Source: a virus
Strand: one strand, 5' to 3'
Length of the DNA: 64,000 nucleotides
Virus record (IMG/VR): IMGVR_UViG_3300015360_000025
A program made the position numbers and the translations under genes. Shown in pieces: positions 45,784 through 55,716 of this stretch. A model generated the notes under the pieces. It worked only from the letters and a program-made list of their open reading frames with translations. It was not told where the DNA came from and did not search any database. Each line of letters begins with the position of its first letter. Position 1 is the stretch's first letter.

Positions 45784-46648
45784 GCAGCTTCGCAAGGGTG
45801 CTGAGGCTGTCTTTTTCTGTCCTCGGTGCAAACACCGGAAGCCGAAGCTAAGCGTCAACCTCGATACCGATCGTTTTCATTGTTGGTCGTGTGACTGGGG
45901 TGGGAAGACTCTTATCCCTTTGATGAGCAGGGATTCCAAGGAGCGGAACGAGTACGTTGCTGAGCTAGAGGCGAACAAACTCAAGCCGGCTACTCCAGAA
46001 AAGAAGTACGACGCACCGGCACTTCCTACAGAATTCCGCACGTTGACGAAGGAGTGGCCTGGTCCGTATTACAAATCGGCAATGCGCTACCTGCAAGATC
46101 GCGGGATCACCATCCAAGATATCAGACACTGGAAGCTTGGATACTGTGAGGAGGGGAACTACAAACACAGAATCATCGTTCCTTCTTTCGATGAGTATGG
46201 CGTTCTAAACTTTGTGGTCGGTCGGTCGTTCTACGATAACCCGCAGAAGTATAAACACGAAAACCTCTGTAAGGATGTCATTTTCAACGAATACATGGTC
46301 GACTGGAACAAACCGATCGTAGTGACAGAAGGTCCGTTCGATGCGTTCAAGACAGGGGACAACGTCACCGCCCTGCAGGGAAGCATACTTAGAGAGGACT
46401 CCAAGCTCTTCTCTAGGCTTGTCTTCTCTGGAGTCGAAGTCTACTTTGCGATGGATCAAGATGCATTTCGTAAGCAACTGAAGATCCTTACGAACTTGGT
46501 CGCCTATGGAGTCGATTGTTACTACGTTCCGATGGGTGGCAAGAAGGACGTGGGCGAGATGAGCAAGACTGAATTCCGGGAAGCCAAGCTCCAAGCTCTT
46601 CCTGTGGGATCATCGATCGATATTCTTAGACTGAGGATGAAAGCTTGA
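45734..46648 (+). CDS. DNA primase (Zn finger plus TOPRIM)
   Basis: CPRCKH...FHCWSC, YLQDRGI, RIIVP, KY, VTEGPFD, AMDQD, KDVGEM. Confidence 0.9.
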   Translation: MQRERKLQAIQVTLGHEQLRKGAEAVFFCPRCKHRKPKLSVNLDTDRFHCWSCDWGGKTLIPLMSRDSKERNEYVAELEANKLKPATPEKKYDAPALPTEFRTLTKEWPGPYYKSAMRYLQDRGITIQDIRHWKLGYCEEGNYKHRIIVPSFDEYGVLNFVVGRSFYDNPQKYKHENLCKDVIFNEYMVDWNKPIVVTEGPFDAFKTGDNVTALQGSILREDSKLFSRLVFSGVEVYFAMDQDAFRKQLKILTNLVAYGVDCYYVPMGGKKDVGEMSKTEFREAKLQALPVGSSIDILRLRMKA

Positions 46649-49600
46649 GTCTGAAAGTCGTGCAGATCAGTGACGTACATATCAGGAACTTGAAGTACCA
46701 TCCAGAGTACCGAAAGGTCTTCGAGAACCTGTATCGTCACCTGGATGAACTCAAGCCCGACATCGTTGTTAATACGGGAGACACGGCCCATACAAAAACA
46801 CAGATCAGTCCTGAGTTCGTGGAGATGGCTTCAGAGCACTTGAAACGAGTGGCAGAGTATGCGCCCTATCATCTGATCCTTGGCAATCACGACCTGAACC
46901 TGATGAACAAGGATCGCCAGGACGCGATCACTCCGATCGTGGAGAGCATTAAGAGTGGCAAGATCTTCCTCCACAAGAAGTCTGGACTTGGTTTCACGGA
47001 GGAGAACGACGGTCAGAAGTATAACTTCTGGGTTTTCTCTCTCGCCGATCGTGACAACTACCCGGTCCCGGCCAGTTGGGCCCTTCATCCCGACTCTGTA
47101 AACATCGGCCTGTTCCACGGATCCGTCGCTTCCTGTGTCACCGACATGAACTGGCGGATGACAGTCGTAGAGCACGACCTTAGCATCTTCGATGGTCTAG
47201 ACTTCGCCATGCTCGGCGACATCCACAAGCAACAGTACTTCAGGGATCGTACGATCGCTTACCCTGGCTCTTTGATCCAACAGAACTTTGGTGAGGAAGT
47301 TGACAAGGGATTCCTTCTCTGGGAGTTAGCCAAGAAGGGTCAGCCACACGACGTTTCTCCCTACATCCTCCGTGGTAGCCGAAAGTTCCATACAATCCGT
47401 CTGAACGACGACCTCTCGGTCCCGCAGATGGGGATCGAAGAGGGTTCTCGCGTTCGTATCAGTCCTCCAATGTCCATTACACTGGCCCAACAGGGAGAGA
47501 TTGAGAAGATCGTCCGGAAGATGTACAAGCCGTACGACGTGATCACGCTTTCTGCGGCTAACATCGGTATCCAGAAGACGATGGCCGGGAAGAATTCAGT
47601 AGACATAGAGAACCTACGCAGTCTTCCTGTCCAAGAGAAGCTGATCAGAGACCACCTAGCCGACAAGAAATTAGACGATGCGATCCTGCAGAAGGTCTTG
47701 GACCTGAACAGGAAGTACCAGATCCACGTCGAACAAGAAGACGACACAAGCCGTAACGTAAAGTGGAAGCTCAACCGCCTGGTGTGGTCGAACTTCTTCA
47801 ACTACGGTGAGAAGAACGTAGTTGATTTTTCACTGCTCCCTGGTCTAACGGGCATCTTTGCTCCGAACGGTTCTGGCAAGTCGAACCTAATCGACATCAT
47901 CCTTGAGACGTGCTTCGACAGTACGACTAAGGGGATCAACAAGAACGTTCACCTGATCAACGATAATAAAGACACTGCTACGGCGATCGCCGACATCACG
48001 GTGAACGACCAGAACTATATCATCGAGAGGACCATCGACCGGATCAAGTACGGGCAGAAGAAGTTCGAAGAGACCAAGGAGTGGGGAAAGACCACGGTCA
48101 ACTTCTCGATGGTAGACAACGACGGTGGCATGGAGCCGCTGGTCGGTACCCTACGTCCTGAGACCGAGAAGAATATCCGGCAGAGGATCGGGACCTTCGA
48201 CGACTTCATGTTGACGTCCCTCTCGGCGCAGTGGAACCAGATGGACATTATCGCCAACAAGGAGACAAAACGGAAGGAGATCTTCTACAAGTTCTTCGAC
48301 CTCGACCTATTCGAGCAGAAGGGACTTCTGGCGAAGGCTGAAGGGAAGGATCTCTCACGACAGCTCGCGGATTTGGAAGGTAGCGGAATCGAAGACACTG
48401 TCCGTCGAAACAAGGTGAGCATCGACACCCGCGCAGATATGATCAGTGAGAAGCAAGAAGAACTTTCTGTCCAAGAGAATCGCATCTGCGAGTTGGATGA
48501 ACGGATCGTTGATCTTTCCTCACAACGTGTTCCAGTCGATCTCACGAGGTTCGATCTCAGTGGATGGGCCGGAGGGGTGGCGAGGATCGACCAACAGGTT
48601 ACCACCAACAAGGTAAAGTTGGGTGAAATCGAGACCCGCCTGGGTGCTCTAGAGGGGGACCTGGGGAAGGTCCTTAAGTTGGAGCAGCGTTTTGACCTCA
48701 AATCTCATGAGGAGAAGAACGAAAGATACCACGAGCTTGATGTGCGGATCGTCGCTCTCGAGATGAATATGAAGGACCGGGAATCTGAATTCAAGTCTCA
48801 TTTGAAGAATGCGACACTCCTCGGTGAAGTTCCGTGTGGTGACCAGTTCCCGACCTGCAAGTTCCTCGTGAACGCGTTCGACTCCAAGAACAAACTCGCC
48901 TCACTTGAAATGAAGATCTCTGGTTCGTTGCAGGAAGCGACAGCTGCTCGTCAAGAAAGAGAGTCTTTGGTGCCCGAGGTCAGGAAGCTTGAATCGTACA
49001 TAAAGTTCGTGGGTGAGAAGGAGAGCTTGACCGGTCGCCGGGACAACTTGAAGCTCCAGATGGAGAACATGCGTCTCAAGATCGAACAACTCGAGGCCGA
49101 GAAGGTAAAGAAGCTTGAGGACATGTCCAGGTTTGAGAAGGCTGAAGCTGGCATCAAGAAGAACGAAGAGATCGATGCCGAGGTCGGAAAGCTGCAGTAC
49201 GAGAAGAAGAAGACTTCCGCCGAGATGCAGGAGCTCCAGGAGTCTATCGTCGAGCTGAACCGTCTGATGGGTGGGGACCAAAGTATCCTGGAGAAACTGG
49301 ACGCCCAGCTGGTGACACTGCAAGAGCTCCGAGACACCTGCTCAGCCTACGAGCACTACATCAAGGCGATGGGGAAGGACGGGATCGCATACGAGATTCT
49401 CACCCAAAAGCTTCCACTCTTGAACGAAGAGATCAACAAGATCCTCTCGAATTCTGCCGACTTCAATGTGTCCATCGAGCACGACAACGAAGAACAATCG
49501 ATAAGGTTCTACATTCAATACGGTCAGTACAAGCGTCGTCTGCTTGAATTGGGATCAGGCGCTGAGAAGTTCCTGGGCTCGATCGCCATCAGAACAGCCC

Positions 49601-49860
49601 TTCTCAATGTCTCCAATCTTCCCAAGACGAACATGTTCATCATAGACGAGGGGTTTGGCAAACTCGATGTTAAGAACCTCGAGAGCGTGCAGCGCATGTT
49701 TGACTACTTAAGGACAGTCTTCGATCACATCATCGTGATCAGTCACCTCGATTCCATGAAAGACATGGTAGACAACATCATTGAGTTCACGACAGATGAG
49801 GAAGGATACGCGCACGTAGATATTGGAGGACGAGAAGATGATCTGGATCAAGAACTCTGA
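46645..49860 (+). CDS. Fused SbcD/Mre11 (gp47) nuclease - SbcC/Rad50 (gp46) ATPase
   Basis: N-terminal ISDVH, NTGDTAH, LGNHD, LFHG, LGDIH, YPGS. C-terminal APNGSGKS (Walker A), coiled coil with PCGDQFPTC, LGSGAE signature, IIDEGFGKLD (Walker B/D-loop), ISH. No internal stop. Confidence 0.92.
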   Translation: MSLKVVQISDVHIRNLKYHPEYRKVFENLYRHLDELKPDIVVNTGDTAHTKTQISPEFVEMASEHLKRVAEYAPYHLILGNHDLNLMNKDRQDAITPIVESIKSGKIFLHKKSGLGFTEENDGQKYNFWVFSLADRDNYPVPASWALHPDSVNIGLFHGSVASCVTDMNWRMTVVEHDLSIFDGLDFAMLGDIHKQQYFRDRTIAYPGSLIQQNFGEEVDKGFLLWELAKKGQPHDVSPYILRGSRKFHTIRLNDDLSVPQMGIEEGSRVRISPPMSITLAQQGEIEKIVRKMYKPYDVITLSAANIGIQKTMAGKNSVDIENLRSLPVQEKLIRDHLADKKLDDAILQKVLDLNRKYQIHVEQEDDTSRNVKWKLNRLVWSNFFNYGEKNVVDFSLLPGLTGIFAPNGSGKSNLIDIILETCFDSTTKGINKNVHLINDNKDTATAIADITVNDQNYIIERTIDRIKYGQKKFEETKEWGKTTVNFSMVDNDGGMEPLVGTLRPETEKNIRQRIGTFDDFMLTSLSAQWNQMDIIANKETKRKEIFYKFFDLDLFEQKGLLAKAEGKDLSRQLADLEGSGIEDTVRRNKVSIDTRADMISEKQEELSVQENRICELDERIVDLSSQRVPVDLTRFDLSGWAGGVARIDQQVTTNKVKLGEIETRLGALEGDLGKVLKLEQRFDLKSHEEKNERYHELDVRIVALEMNMKDRESEFKSHLKNATLLGEVPCGDQFPTCKFLVNAFDSKNKLASLEMKISGSLQEATAARQERESLVPEVRKLESYIKFVGEKESLTGRRDNLKLQMENMRLKIEQLEAEKVKKLEDMSRFEKAEAGIKKNEEIDAEVGKLQYEKKKTSAEMQELQESIVELNRLMGGDQSILEKLDAQLVTLQELRDTCSAYEHYIKAMGKDGIAYEILTQKLPLLNEEINKILSNSADFNVSIEHDNEEQSIRFYIQYGQYKRRLLELGSGAEKFLGSIAIRTALLNVSNLPKTNMFIIDEGFGKLDVKNLESVQRMFDYLRTVFDHIIVISHLDSMKDMVDNIIEFTTDEEGYAHVDIGGREDDLDQEL

Positions 49861-50092
49861 AGGTAAGAAAGACGCTGTGCTAACGATGGCGCTGGCCGGT
49901 TTCTCGGTCGTCTGCATCAAGGTGCTCTTCGCTGGAGCGATCTTTGATCTTGGTGTTCGGACCATCACCATCGGGACCATCGATGCCGCCACCGTAGCCG
50001 CCATTCTCACTCCGACTCTGGGAGCCTACGTTTCTCGCAAGTACACGGACAGGAAGTACCACAAGTCGGTCGAACCGGCTAAGAAGGAGTAA
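49838..50092 (+). CDS. Small membrane protein (holin-like candidate)
   Basis: SD GGAGG, two hydrophobic segments, basic C-terminus. Function inferred from architecture only. Confidence 0.45.
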   Translation: MIWIKNSEGKKDAVLTMALAGFSVVCIKVLFAGAIFDLGVRTITIGTIDAATVAAILTPTLGAYVSRKYTDRKYHKSVEPAKKE

Positions 50093-50095
50093 CGG

Positions 50096-50908
50096 ATGGA
50101 CATCAGTCTTAAGACGATTGGAATCGCGGCTGGTATCGTATTACTTTCATTCATCGCGATCGCCGGAGTCATGACGATCAAGAAGAATGCGTATGACGCC
50201 AGAATCGTCGAACTCCAGAACGCTGTTGCAACACGTGATCAGACGATCGAGGTACAGAAGGGAGTATTCCAAAAGCTCTCGATCCAGAGCCGTGATCTCC
50301 AAGATCTTCTTGACCAGAATGATGCGCAACTCAAACTTCTCCAAGAGCAGCTCAAAAAGAGCGGTGACCAACTTCTGACAGCCGCAACGCTGATCGTGAA
50401 ACTAAAGAAGGACCTTGAATCAAAGGGGACTGGTACCACAGTCATCATCGATAGCAATGGGAAGGCAATGGCGCTGGTGAAGTTCGATACCCAGGATGAT
50501 CTGTCTCCCTTTAGAGTCACTGGGGAAACAGTTGCCTCCTGTGATATTACTAGTAACAAGTTCGACTACAACCTAAAGCTCTATCAGATCAAACCTCTGA
50601 AGCTGAGTGTCGTCGTTTCTCAGGGCAAAGACGGCGCCTGGAAGACCTCGACCACTTCGTCAGAAGAGAATTTTCAGGTCGACATCGGTCTCGCGGCTGT
50701 CAATCCGTACATTCTTGAACCTAGGTGGTATGAGAACATTGGACTATCGGTAGATCTCGGTGGTGGAACAGGATTTATTGCCGGTGTTGGAGCATCCTAC
50801 AAAATCGGAAAGTTCGAAGTTGGACCGAAGGGATGGTTCACAGTCGGAGGCGGACCGGTCGGCGGGTTCGTCGGAGCGCAACTTCTCTGGCATCCGTTCG
50901 CGAGGTGA
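50096..50908 (+). CDS. Membrane-anchored coiled-coil protein with C-terminal amphipathic beta strands (spanin-like candidate)
   Basis: N-terminal TM (GIAAGIVLLSFIAIAGV), long coiled coil, Gly/aromatic beta-strand tail ending LLWHPFAR. Confidence 0.45.
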   Translation: MDISLKTIGIAAGIVLLSFIAIAGVMTIKKNAYDARIVELQNAVATRDQTIEVQKGVFQKLSIQSRDLQDLLDQNDAQLKLLQEQLKKSGDQLLTAATLIVKLKKDLESKGTGTTVIIDSNGKAMALVKFDTQDDLSPFRVTGETVASCDITSNKFDYNLKLYQIKPLKLSVVVSQGKDGAWKTSTTSSEENFQVDIGLAAVNPYILEPRWYENIGLSVDLGGGTGFIAGVGASYKIGKFEVGPKGWFTVGGGPVGGFVGAQLLWHPFAR

Positions 50909-50911
50909 CAC

Positions 50912-51220
50912 TTGGCTGCTACACAGAAGTTTGTCGTGTACAATCTAAGAGAAACATACCATGAGCTCGGTAGTTTCGAATTCAAGGTCGTCTTAGATCC
51001 TCGTTACTTCAAGAATGGACACCTTTCTGAAGTCTCGTTGATGGATTCTGATGGTCGATCGTTAAAGTACAATGTCCAGAAGTGGGGGAGGAAGATCAAT
51101 TGTTCTTTTTCACTGGATCAGTCCGTGGCCGACGGCATCTCTACTGTGAAGATGGTTCTACGTGACGACGAAGGCCACGAGATGGCCGCCCGGGCTTCTT
51201 TCTGGGTTATCAAACCGTAG
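50912..51220 (+). CDS. Hypothetical beta-rich protein
   Basis: TTG start, ends in TAG; no family recognised. Confidence 0.5.
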   Translation: MAATQKFVVYNLRETYHELGSFEFKVVLDPRYFKNGHLSEVSLMDSDGRSLKYNVQKWGRKINCSFSLDQSVADGISTVKMVLRDDEGHEMAARASFWVIKP

Positions 51221-51228
51221 TCTCCTCA

Positions 51229-51234
51229 TATTTA
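51229..51234 (+). promoter_or_regulatory. Putative late promoter motif TATTTA
   Basis: Directly upstream of the GIY remnant at 51239. Confidence 0.4.
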
Positions 51235-51238
51235 CAGC

Positions 51239-51292
51239 ATGACATATGGTCTAATTTACAGAGCTTTTGATTTGACAAATGGAAAATCGTAA
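51239..51292 (+). pseudogene. 17-aa GIY-YIG N-terminal remnant
   Basis: MTYGLIYRAFDLTNGKS*; its TAA is immediately followed by the ATG at 51293. Confidence 0.7.
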
Positions 51293-51514
51293 ATGAACGA
51301 ACACACAAAAAGCCTAAGAGTTCCAACGTTTTGCCCACTCTGCGACTTCTTGATGAAGGGCAAGTCAACCAACACTTTCTACGACCACGGCGTCTGCATG
51401 AACTGCTTCATCCAGTTCATCGATGGTCGGGTCGAGAAGTGGAAGTCAGGCTGGAGACCAGACGAAAAGCAGCTAGAGGCCCACAAAGAGGCCATGTCTC
51501 GCTCCAGTCTCTGA
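51293..51514 (+). CDS. Small Zn-finger protein
   Basis: CPLC...CMNC, then WKSGWRP. Confidence 0.65.
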   Translation: MNEHTKSLRVPTFCPLCDFLMKGKSTNTFYDHGVCMNCFIQFIDGRVEKWKSGWRPDEKQLEAHKEAMSRSSL

Positions 51515-51531
51515 TTTCCTGGCATCTTTCC

Positions 51532-51549
51532 ACTAGTCATCTCTATTTA
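51532..51549 (+). promoter_or_regulatory. Extended promoter-like element ACTAGTCATCTCTATTTA
   Basis: 17/18 identical to 60412-60429; both are intergenic and lie upstream of operon starts. Confidence 0.6.
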
Positions 51550-51580
51550 GAAGTGACTGTTTCTTTCAGGAGAATGGAAA

Positions 51581-51973
51581 ATGGACGATAAGGCTCAGGG
51601 TTTCGAGACTTCCGAATACGGGCGTGAGCATGTGCACCCTGACAAGGTCTATTCGGTGATCGAAGAGATCATCCGTGACCAGGTCAGTAGGTCTCCGGCC
51701 TCAAACGTACGGGTCTCTTTCACTGGCAATCTCATGAGGATTGCCTACCACTGCTACGAGATGCACCTTCCGGTCAAGATGAAGGAGATCGAGGCGACTG
51801 CTAAGAGTGTCTTGGATGAGACGTTCAAGAACCTCAAGAAGCAATTCAAGGAGCGGACCTCCGACACTCTGAAGGCCAAGGAACAGAAGGACATGGCCAA
51901 CTATAGCGTCCAGAAGGTCTCCCTGAACGAAAGATACTACTACGTTGCCTGGCGGTTCTACGAGCTTGGCTGA
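51581..51973 (+). CDS. Hypothetical protein coupled to terminase
   Basis: SD GGAG; TGATG overlap with the terminase start. Confidence 0.6.
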   Translation: MDDKAQGFETSEYGREHVHPDKVYSVIEEIIRDQVSRSPASNVRVSFTGNLMRIAYHCYEMHLPVKMKEIEATAKSVLDETFKNLKKQFKERTSDTLKAKEQKDMANYSVQKVSLNERYYYVAWRFYELG

Positions 51974-53634
51974 TGAACAAGTCCACTCTACGCAGTGAGA
52001 TTATCGCTTGCGGGAGGGATCCTTGCTACTTCATCCGTAAGTATGTGAAGATCAAGCATCCTGTGAGGGGACTCATACCCTTCGAGATGTTTGACTACCA
52101 GGAAGACCTCGTCCGTGATTTCGTCGCCGAACGATTCAACATCGTCCTGAAGGCTCGTCAGTTGGGTATCTCTGAGATCACGGCCGCCTACGCTACGTGG
52201 CTGATGCTCTTTCATCGAGAAAAGAACGTAGTCGTTATGGCCTCCAAGGCTGAGACGGCGAAGAACATCATACGTAAGATTGAGACCGCCCTTAAGAAGC
52301 TCCCGAAGTGGCTGGTCCTCGCGGACATCATCACCGACAACAAGCTCTCCATTGAACTGAGCAACGGTTCACGCTGTAAAGCTATCGCTACGTCTGGAGA
52401 CGCTGGTCGTTCTGAAGCTGTCTCATTCCTGATCATCGACGAGGCCGCCTTCGTCCCAAACTTCGAAGAGCTTTGGACCGGCCTCTATCCGACGGTCGCG
52501 GCCGGTGGACGTGTCGCTGTCCTCTCGACCCCAAATGGCGTCGGAAACAAGTTCCACACCCTGTACGTGGATGCTGAATCGAAGGTAAACGAGTTCAAGC
52601 CACACAAGTTTATGTGGTACTGTCATCCAGAAAGGATTGTTGAACTTCATGATGATCCTGATCGTCCAGGTTTCAAGACTTCTCCGTGGTTCGTGAAGGA
52701 AGTCAACTCGGCCAACATGTCGGCACGAGACGTTGCACAAGAATTGGAGTGCAACTTTAATGCATCTGGTGATACGGTCATTCCTGTCGCCGCCCTTAAG
52801 TGGATCGGCGACGGATTGTTACCACCTATCCTCAAGGAACACTGGGACAGGAATCTCCTTAAATGGTTTCTGCCTCAGAAACAGATGCGGTACTTCATCT
52901 CGGCAGACGTTGCCCGCGGAGACGGACGCGACTACTCTGCAGCCCATGTCTGGGATGCTGCAACCATGTCTCAGGTGGCGGAGTACTACGGTAAGATTCC
53001 TCCGGAGGAGTTCGCGAAACTCCTGGTAGACCTGGGTCACGAGTATAACAATGCTATGTTGGTTATCGAAAACAATACTATTGGCCTGGCATGCATCGAA
53101 CACGTAAAACTCGCACATTACGAGAGTGTGTACTACTCCAGGAGAGGCGATCAGAAGCCAGGTGAGGCTGTGAGCATGCACTGGGGTCCCTCGACCGATG
53201 ATCTCGTTCCAGGATTTACAACTTCTCAGAAGAACCGTCCTCTCATGATTGCTAAGTTCGAGGAGTACATTCGAAACAAGACGATTGTCATTCGTTCGAA
53301 GCGGATGCTTTCGGAGCTTACGACGTTCATCTGGCACAACGGTCGAGCTGAGGCTATGAGCGGAGCAAACGACGACGCCATCATGGCAGCTGCGATTGGT
53401 GCTTGGATCCGTGATACATTCCTCTCCCCGTCCTTTGCGTCCATCGACATCCAGAAAAAGATGCTGAGTGGGATCGGGATGAACCGCACGTACAACAACC
53501 AGATAGAAGGGGCTTCCAAGGATCCCGTCGACTCACGAGCGGGCCAGATGGGTACTTATACGAAAGACCAAGGCTTAAATCGGGTCCGTTTGCCCCGCGG
53601 ACGGGAAGAAGATTTCTCTTGGCTTCTCAAGTAA
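51973..53634 (+). CDS. gp17: Terminase large subunit (T4 gp17-like)
   Basis: CGRDPCYFIRKY, LKARQLGIS (Walker A variant), LIIDEAAF (Walker B), STPNG, QELEC, ADVARGDGRDYS, IENN, NDDAIMA (RNase H-like nuclease). Confidence 0.95.
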   Translation: MNKSTLRSEIIACGRDPCYFIRKYVKIKHPVRGLIPFEMFDYQEDLVRDFVAERFNIVLKARQLGISEITAAYATWLMLFHREKNVVVMASKAETAKNIIRKIETALKKLPKWLVLADIITDNKLSIELSNGSRCKAIATSGDAGRSEAVSFLIIDEAAFVPNFEELWTGLYPTVAAGGRVAVLSTPNGVGNKFHTLYVDAESKVNEFKPHKFMWYCHPERIVELHDDPDRPGFKTSPWFVKEVNSANMSARDVAQELECNFNASGDTVIPVAALKWIGDGLLPPILKEHWDRNLLKWFLPQKQMRYFISADVARGDGRDYSAAHVWDAATMSQVAEYYGKIPPEEFAKLLVDLGHEYNNAMLVIENNTIGLACIEHVKLAHYESVYYSRRGDQKPGEAVSMHWGPSTDDLVPGFTTSQKNRPLMIAKFEEYIRNKTIVIRSKRMLSELTTFIWHNGRAEAMSGANDDAIMAAAIGAWIRDTFLSPSFASIDIQKKMLSGIGMNRTYNNQIEGASKDPVDSRAGQMGTYTKDQGLNRVRLPRGREEDFSWLLK

Positions 53635-53653
53635 CGAAACAAGGAAGTGAACG

Positions 53654-55642
53654 ATGGCCGATCTAATCTCAAGAGAAAGCGTTTGGAAGCGGTTGACACG
53701 GCTCTTCAAGAGCGGTCCAATCGTCCGTCACAAGATTGCCACTGGCGAGAAGTTCTCCGAACCGCAGGGGACCGCCCGGGCCTACAAGCGAGAGCTGTCC
53801 CACCTCTACGTGCATTCGCTCGCTTCGTACGGTCAGTACGAACGTATGTCAAGGTACGCAGACTATAGCGAGATGGAGTTTACTCCTGAGATCGCTTCGG
53901 CCCTGGACATCTACGCCGATGAAGTTACGGTCTACAACGAGAAGAACGCGATCATCGAGATCGTCACGAAGAATGCCGAGATCAAGCGGTTGCTTGAGAC
54001 ACTCTTCTACGACGTCCTGAACATCGAGTTCAACATCTGGAGCTGGACTCGGAACCTCTGTAAGTACGGCGACTTCATGATGTTCGTCGACGCTTCAGAG
54101 TCGAACGGTATCCTGAATATGCTTCCCATCCCGATCAATGAGATCGAGAGGGAAGAGGGATACGACAAGGCTGATCCGTTCGCCGTGCGCTTCCGCTGGA
54201 TGACCCAGGGAAACTCGATCCTGGAGAACTGGCAGGTCGTCCATTTCCGTCTGCTCGGTAACGACAACTTCCTTCCGTACGGCCAGAGCATCATCGAGCC
54301 TGCGCGCCGGATTTGGCGTCAGCTGATCCTTATCGAGGACGCGATGTTGGTGTACCGCATCGTCCGTTCTCCTGAGCGTCGTGTGTTCTACATTGATGTC
54401 GGTAACATCCAGCCCGACCAGGTCGACACATTCATGGAGCAGATCAAGACTCGTCTCCGTCGGAACCAGGTCGTTGACCCCTCTACCGGTCGAGTGGATT
54501 TGCGTTACAACCCACTCTCCGTTGACGAGGATTACTTCGTCCCAGTCCGTGGAGATAAGAGTTCTAAGATCGAAACACTCCCTGGCGGTCAATTCACTGG
54601 AGACATCGACGACGTCCAGTACATCCAGAACAAACTCTTCGCAGCCCTCAAGGTTCCCAAGGCGTATCTGGGATATGAAGCAGATCTGGGATCGAAGGCA
54701 ACGCTCTCTCAGCAGGATGTGCGGTTCGCCAGGACCATTGAGCGCATCCAGAAGATCGTCATCTCAGAACTGAATAAGATCGCAATCATCCACCTCTTCC
54801 TCCTCGGGTACAACGGGGAAGACCTGGTGGACTTTGAGATCAAGCTCGCTAACGCCTCGACTGTTGCCGAACAACAGAAGCTTGAGCTCTGGCGGATGCG
54901 GTTTGAGATCGCCGGCTCGGCCACCGAAGGTATTCTCGACCGCGAGACGATCTATCGAAAGATCTTCAATATGACGGACGAAGAGATAGAGAAGGTGCGT
55001 GAAGGGAAGCGGGTCGACAAGCTCGAAGATCTCACCCTCGAGAGCATGCAAGCGCCCACTCCAGAGGGAGGGGAAGCAACGGCGCCCGCTGTACCAGGTG
55101 AAGAGGAACTCCCGGCCACGTTGGGAGGGGAGGAGCCAGCTGCTGCTGAAGCCACCCCAGCGGCCGGTGCTGAAGCGCCACCAGCCCCTGAAGGTGTATC
55201 CATTGGTAGCGCTGGGACGATCCTACATGAGATCGAGCGTAGCCTGGAGACAGAGAAGAAGAACATGGGAAGTACCGGTAATGATGCCTCAATCGCGGTC
55301 GACAAGGGAAAGGACCTCTTCTCGACTGGTGAAGATCAACACACACTGGTTTTTGGAACGGAGAAGCAGACTGCTTCCGATCCAAACGACAAAGCTTCTC
55401 TGAAGCGCCTTATCACCCGTCCATTCTCGGAGGCTAAGAGTCTGACCAAGAAGGGTGACGTGGATGTTGTAGACGCCAGGCTGAAAGAGGCTGTCAAGCG
55501 GACGGAATTGATCGCAGAGGGTATTTCGGAGAAGATGGAAGAGTTTTCACGTGGACTGGAACTCAAGAACCGGAAGATGCTTAAGGAATTCAAGCGGGCT
55601 TCACGTAGATCCAGAAATCTCAACTCGAAGGACGACGAGTAA
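53654..55642 (+). CDS. gp20: Portal protein (T4 gp20-like)
   Basis: PEIASALDIYADE, WQVVHFR, LILIEDAMLVYRIVRSPERRVFYIDVGN, EDYFVPVRG, IETLPGG, DDVQYIQNKLFAALKVPKAYL. Confidence 0.95.
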   Translation: MADLISRESVWKRLTRLFKSGPIVRHKIATGEKFSEPQGTARAYKRELSHLYVHSLASYGQYERMSRYADYSEMEFTPEIASALDIYADEVTVYNEKNAIIEIVTKNAEIKRLLETLFYDVLNIEFNIWSWTRNLCKYGDFMMFVDASESNGILNMLPIPINEIEREEGYDKADPFAVRFRWMTQGNSILENWQVVHFRLLGNDNFLPYGQSIIEPARRIWRQLILIEDAMLVYRIVRSPERRVFYIDVGNIQPDQVDTFMEQIKTRLRRNQVVDPSTGRVDLRYNPLSVDEDYFVPVRGDKSSKIETLPGGQFTGDIDDVQYIQNKLFAALKVPKAYLGYEADLGSKATLSQQDVRFARTIERIQKIVISELNKIAIIHLFLLGYNGEDLVDFEIKLANASTVAEQQKLELWRMRFEIAGSATEGILDRETIYRKIFNMTDEEIEKVREGKRVDKLEDLTLESMQAPTPEGGEATAPAVPGEEELPATLGGEEPAAAEATPAAGAEAPPAPEGVSIGSAGTILHEIERSLETEKKNMGSTGNDASIAVDKGKDLFSTGEDQHTLVFGTEKQTASDPNDKASLKRLITRPFSEAKSLTKKGDVDVVDARLKEAVKRTELIAEGISEKMEEFSRGLELKNRKMLKEFKRASRRSRNLNSKDDE

Positions 55643-55679
55643 GAATCGCCGAGATCGAGCGGTTAGTCTTCCTGGAAGC

Positions 55680-55685
55680 TACTTA
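55680..55685 (+). promoter_or_regulatory. Putative late promoter motif TACTTA
   Basis: Intergenic, upstream of the 55717 gene. Confidence 0.45.
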
Positions 55686-55716
55686 CAGAGTAGACGTAGA
55701 CAGGGGTACATTCAAA

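Noticed and set aside
51581-51973. Calling the gene upstream of terminase the small terminase subunit
   Set aside because: Position fits, but no gp16-like helical or coiled-coil motif is recognisable, so it is left as hypothetical.
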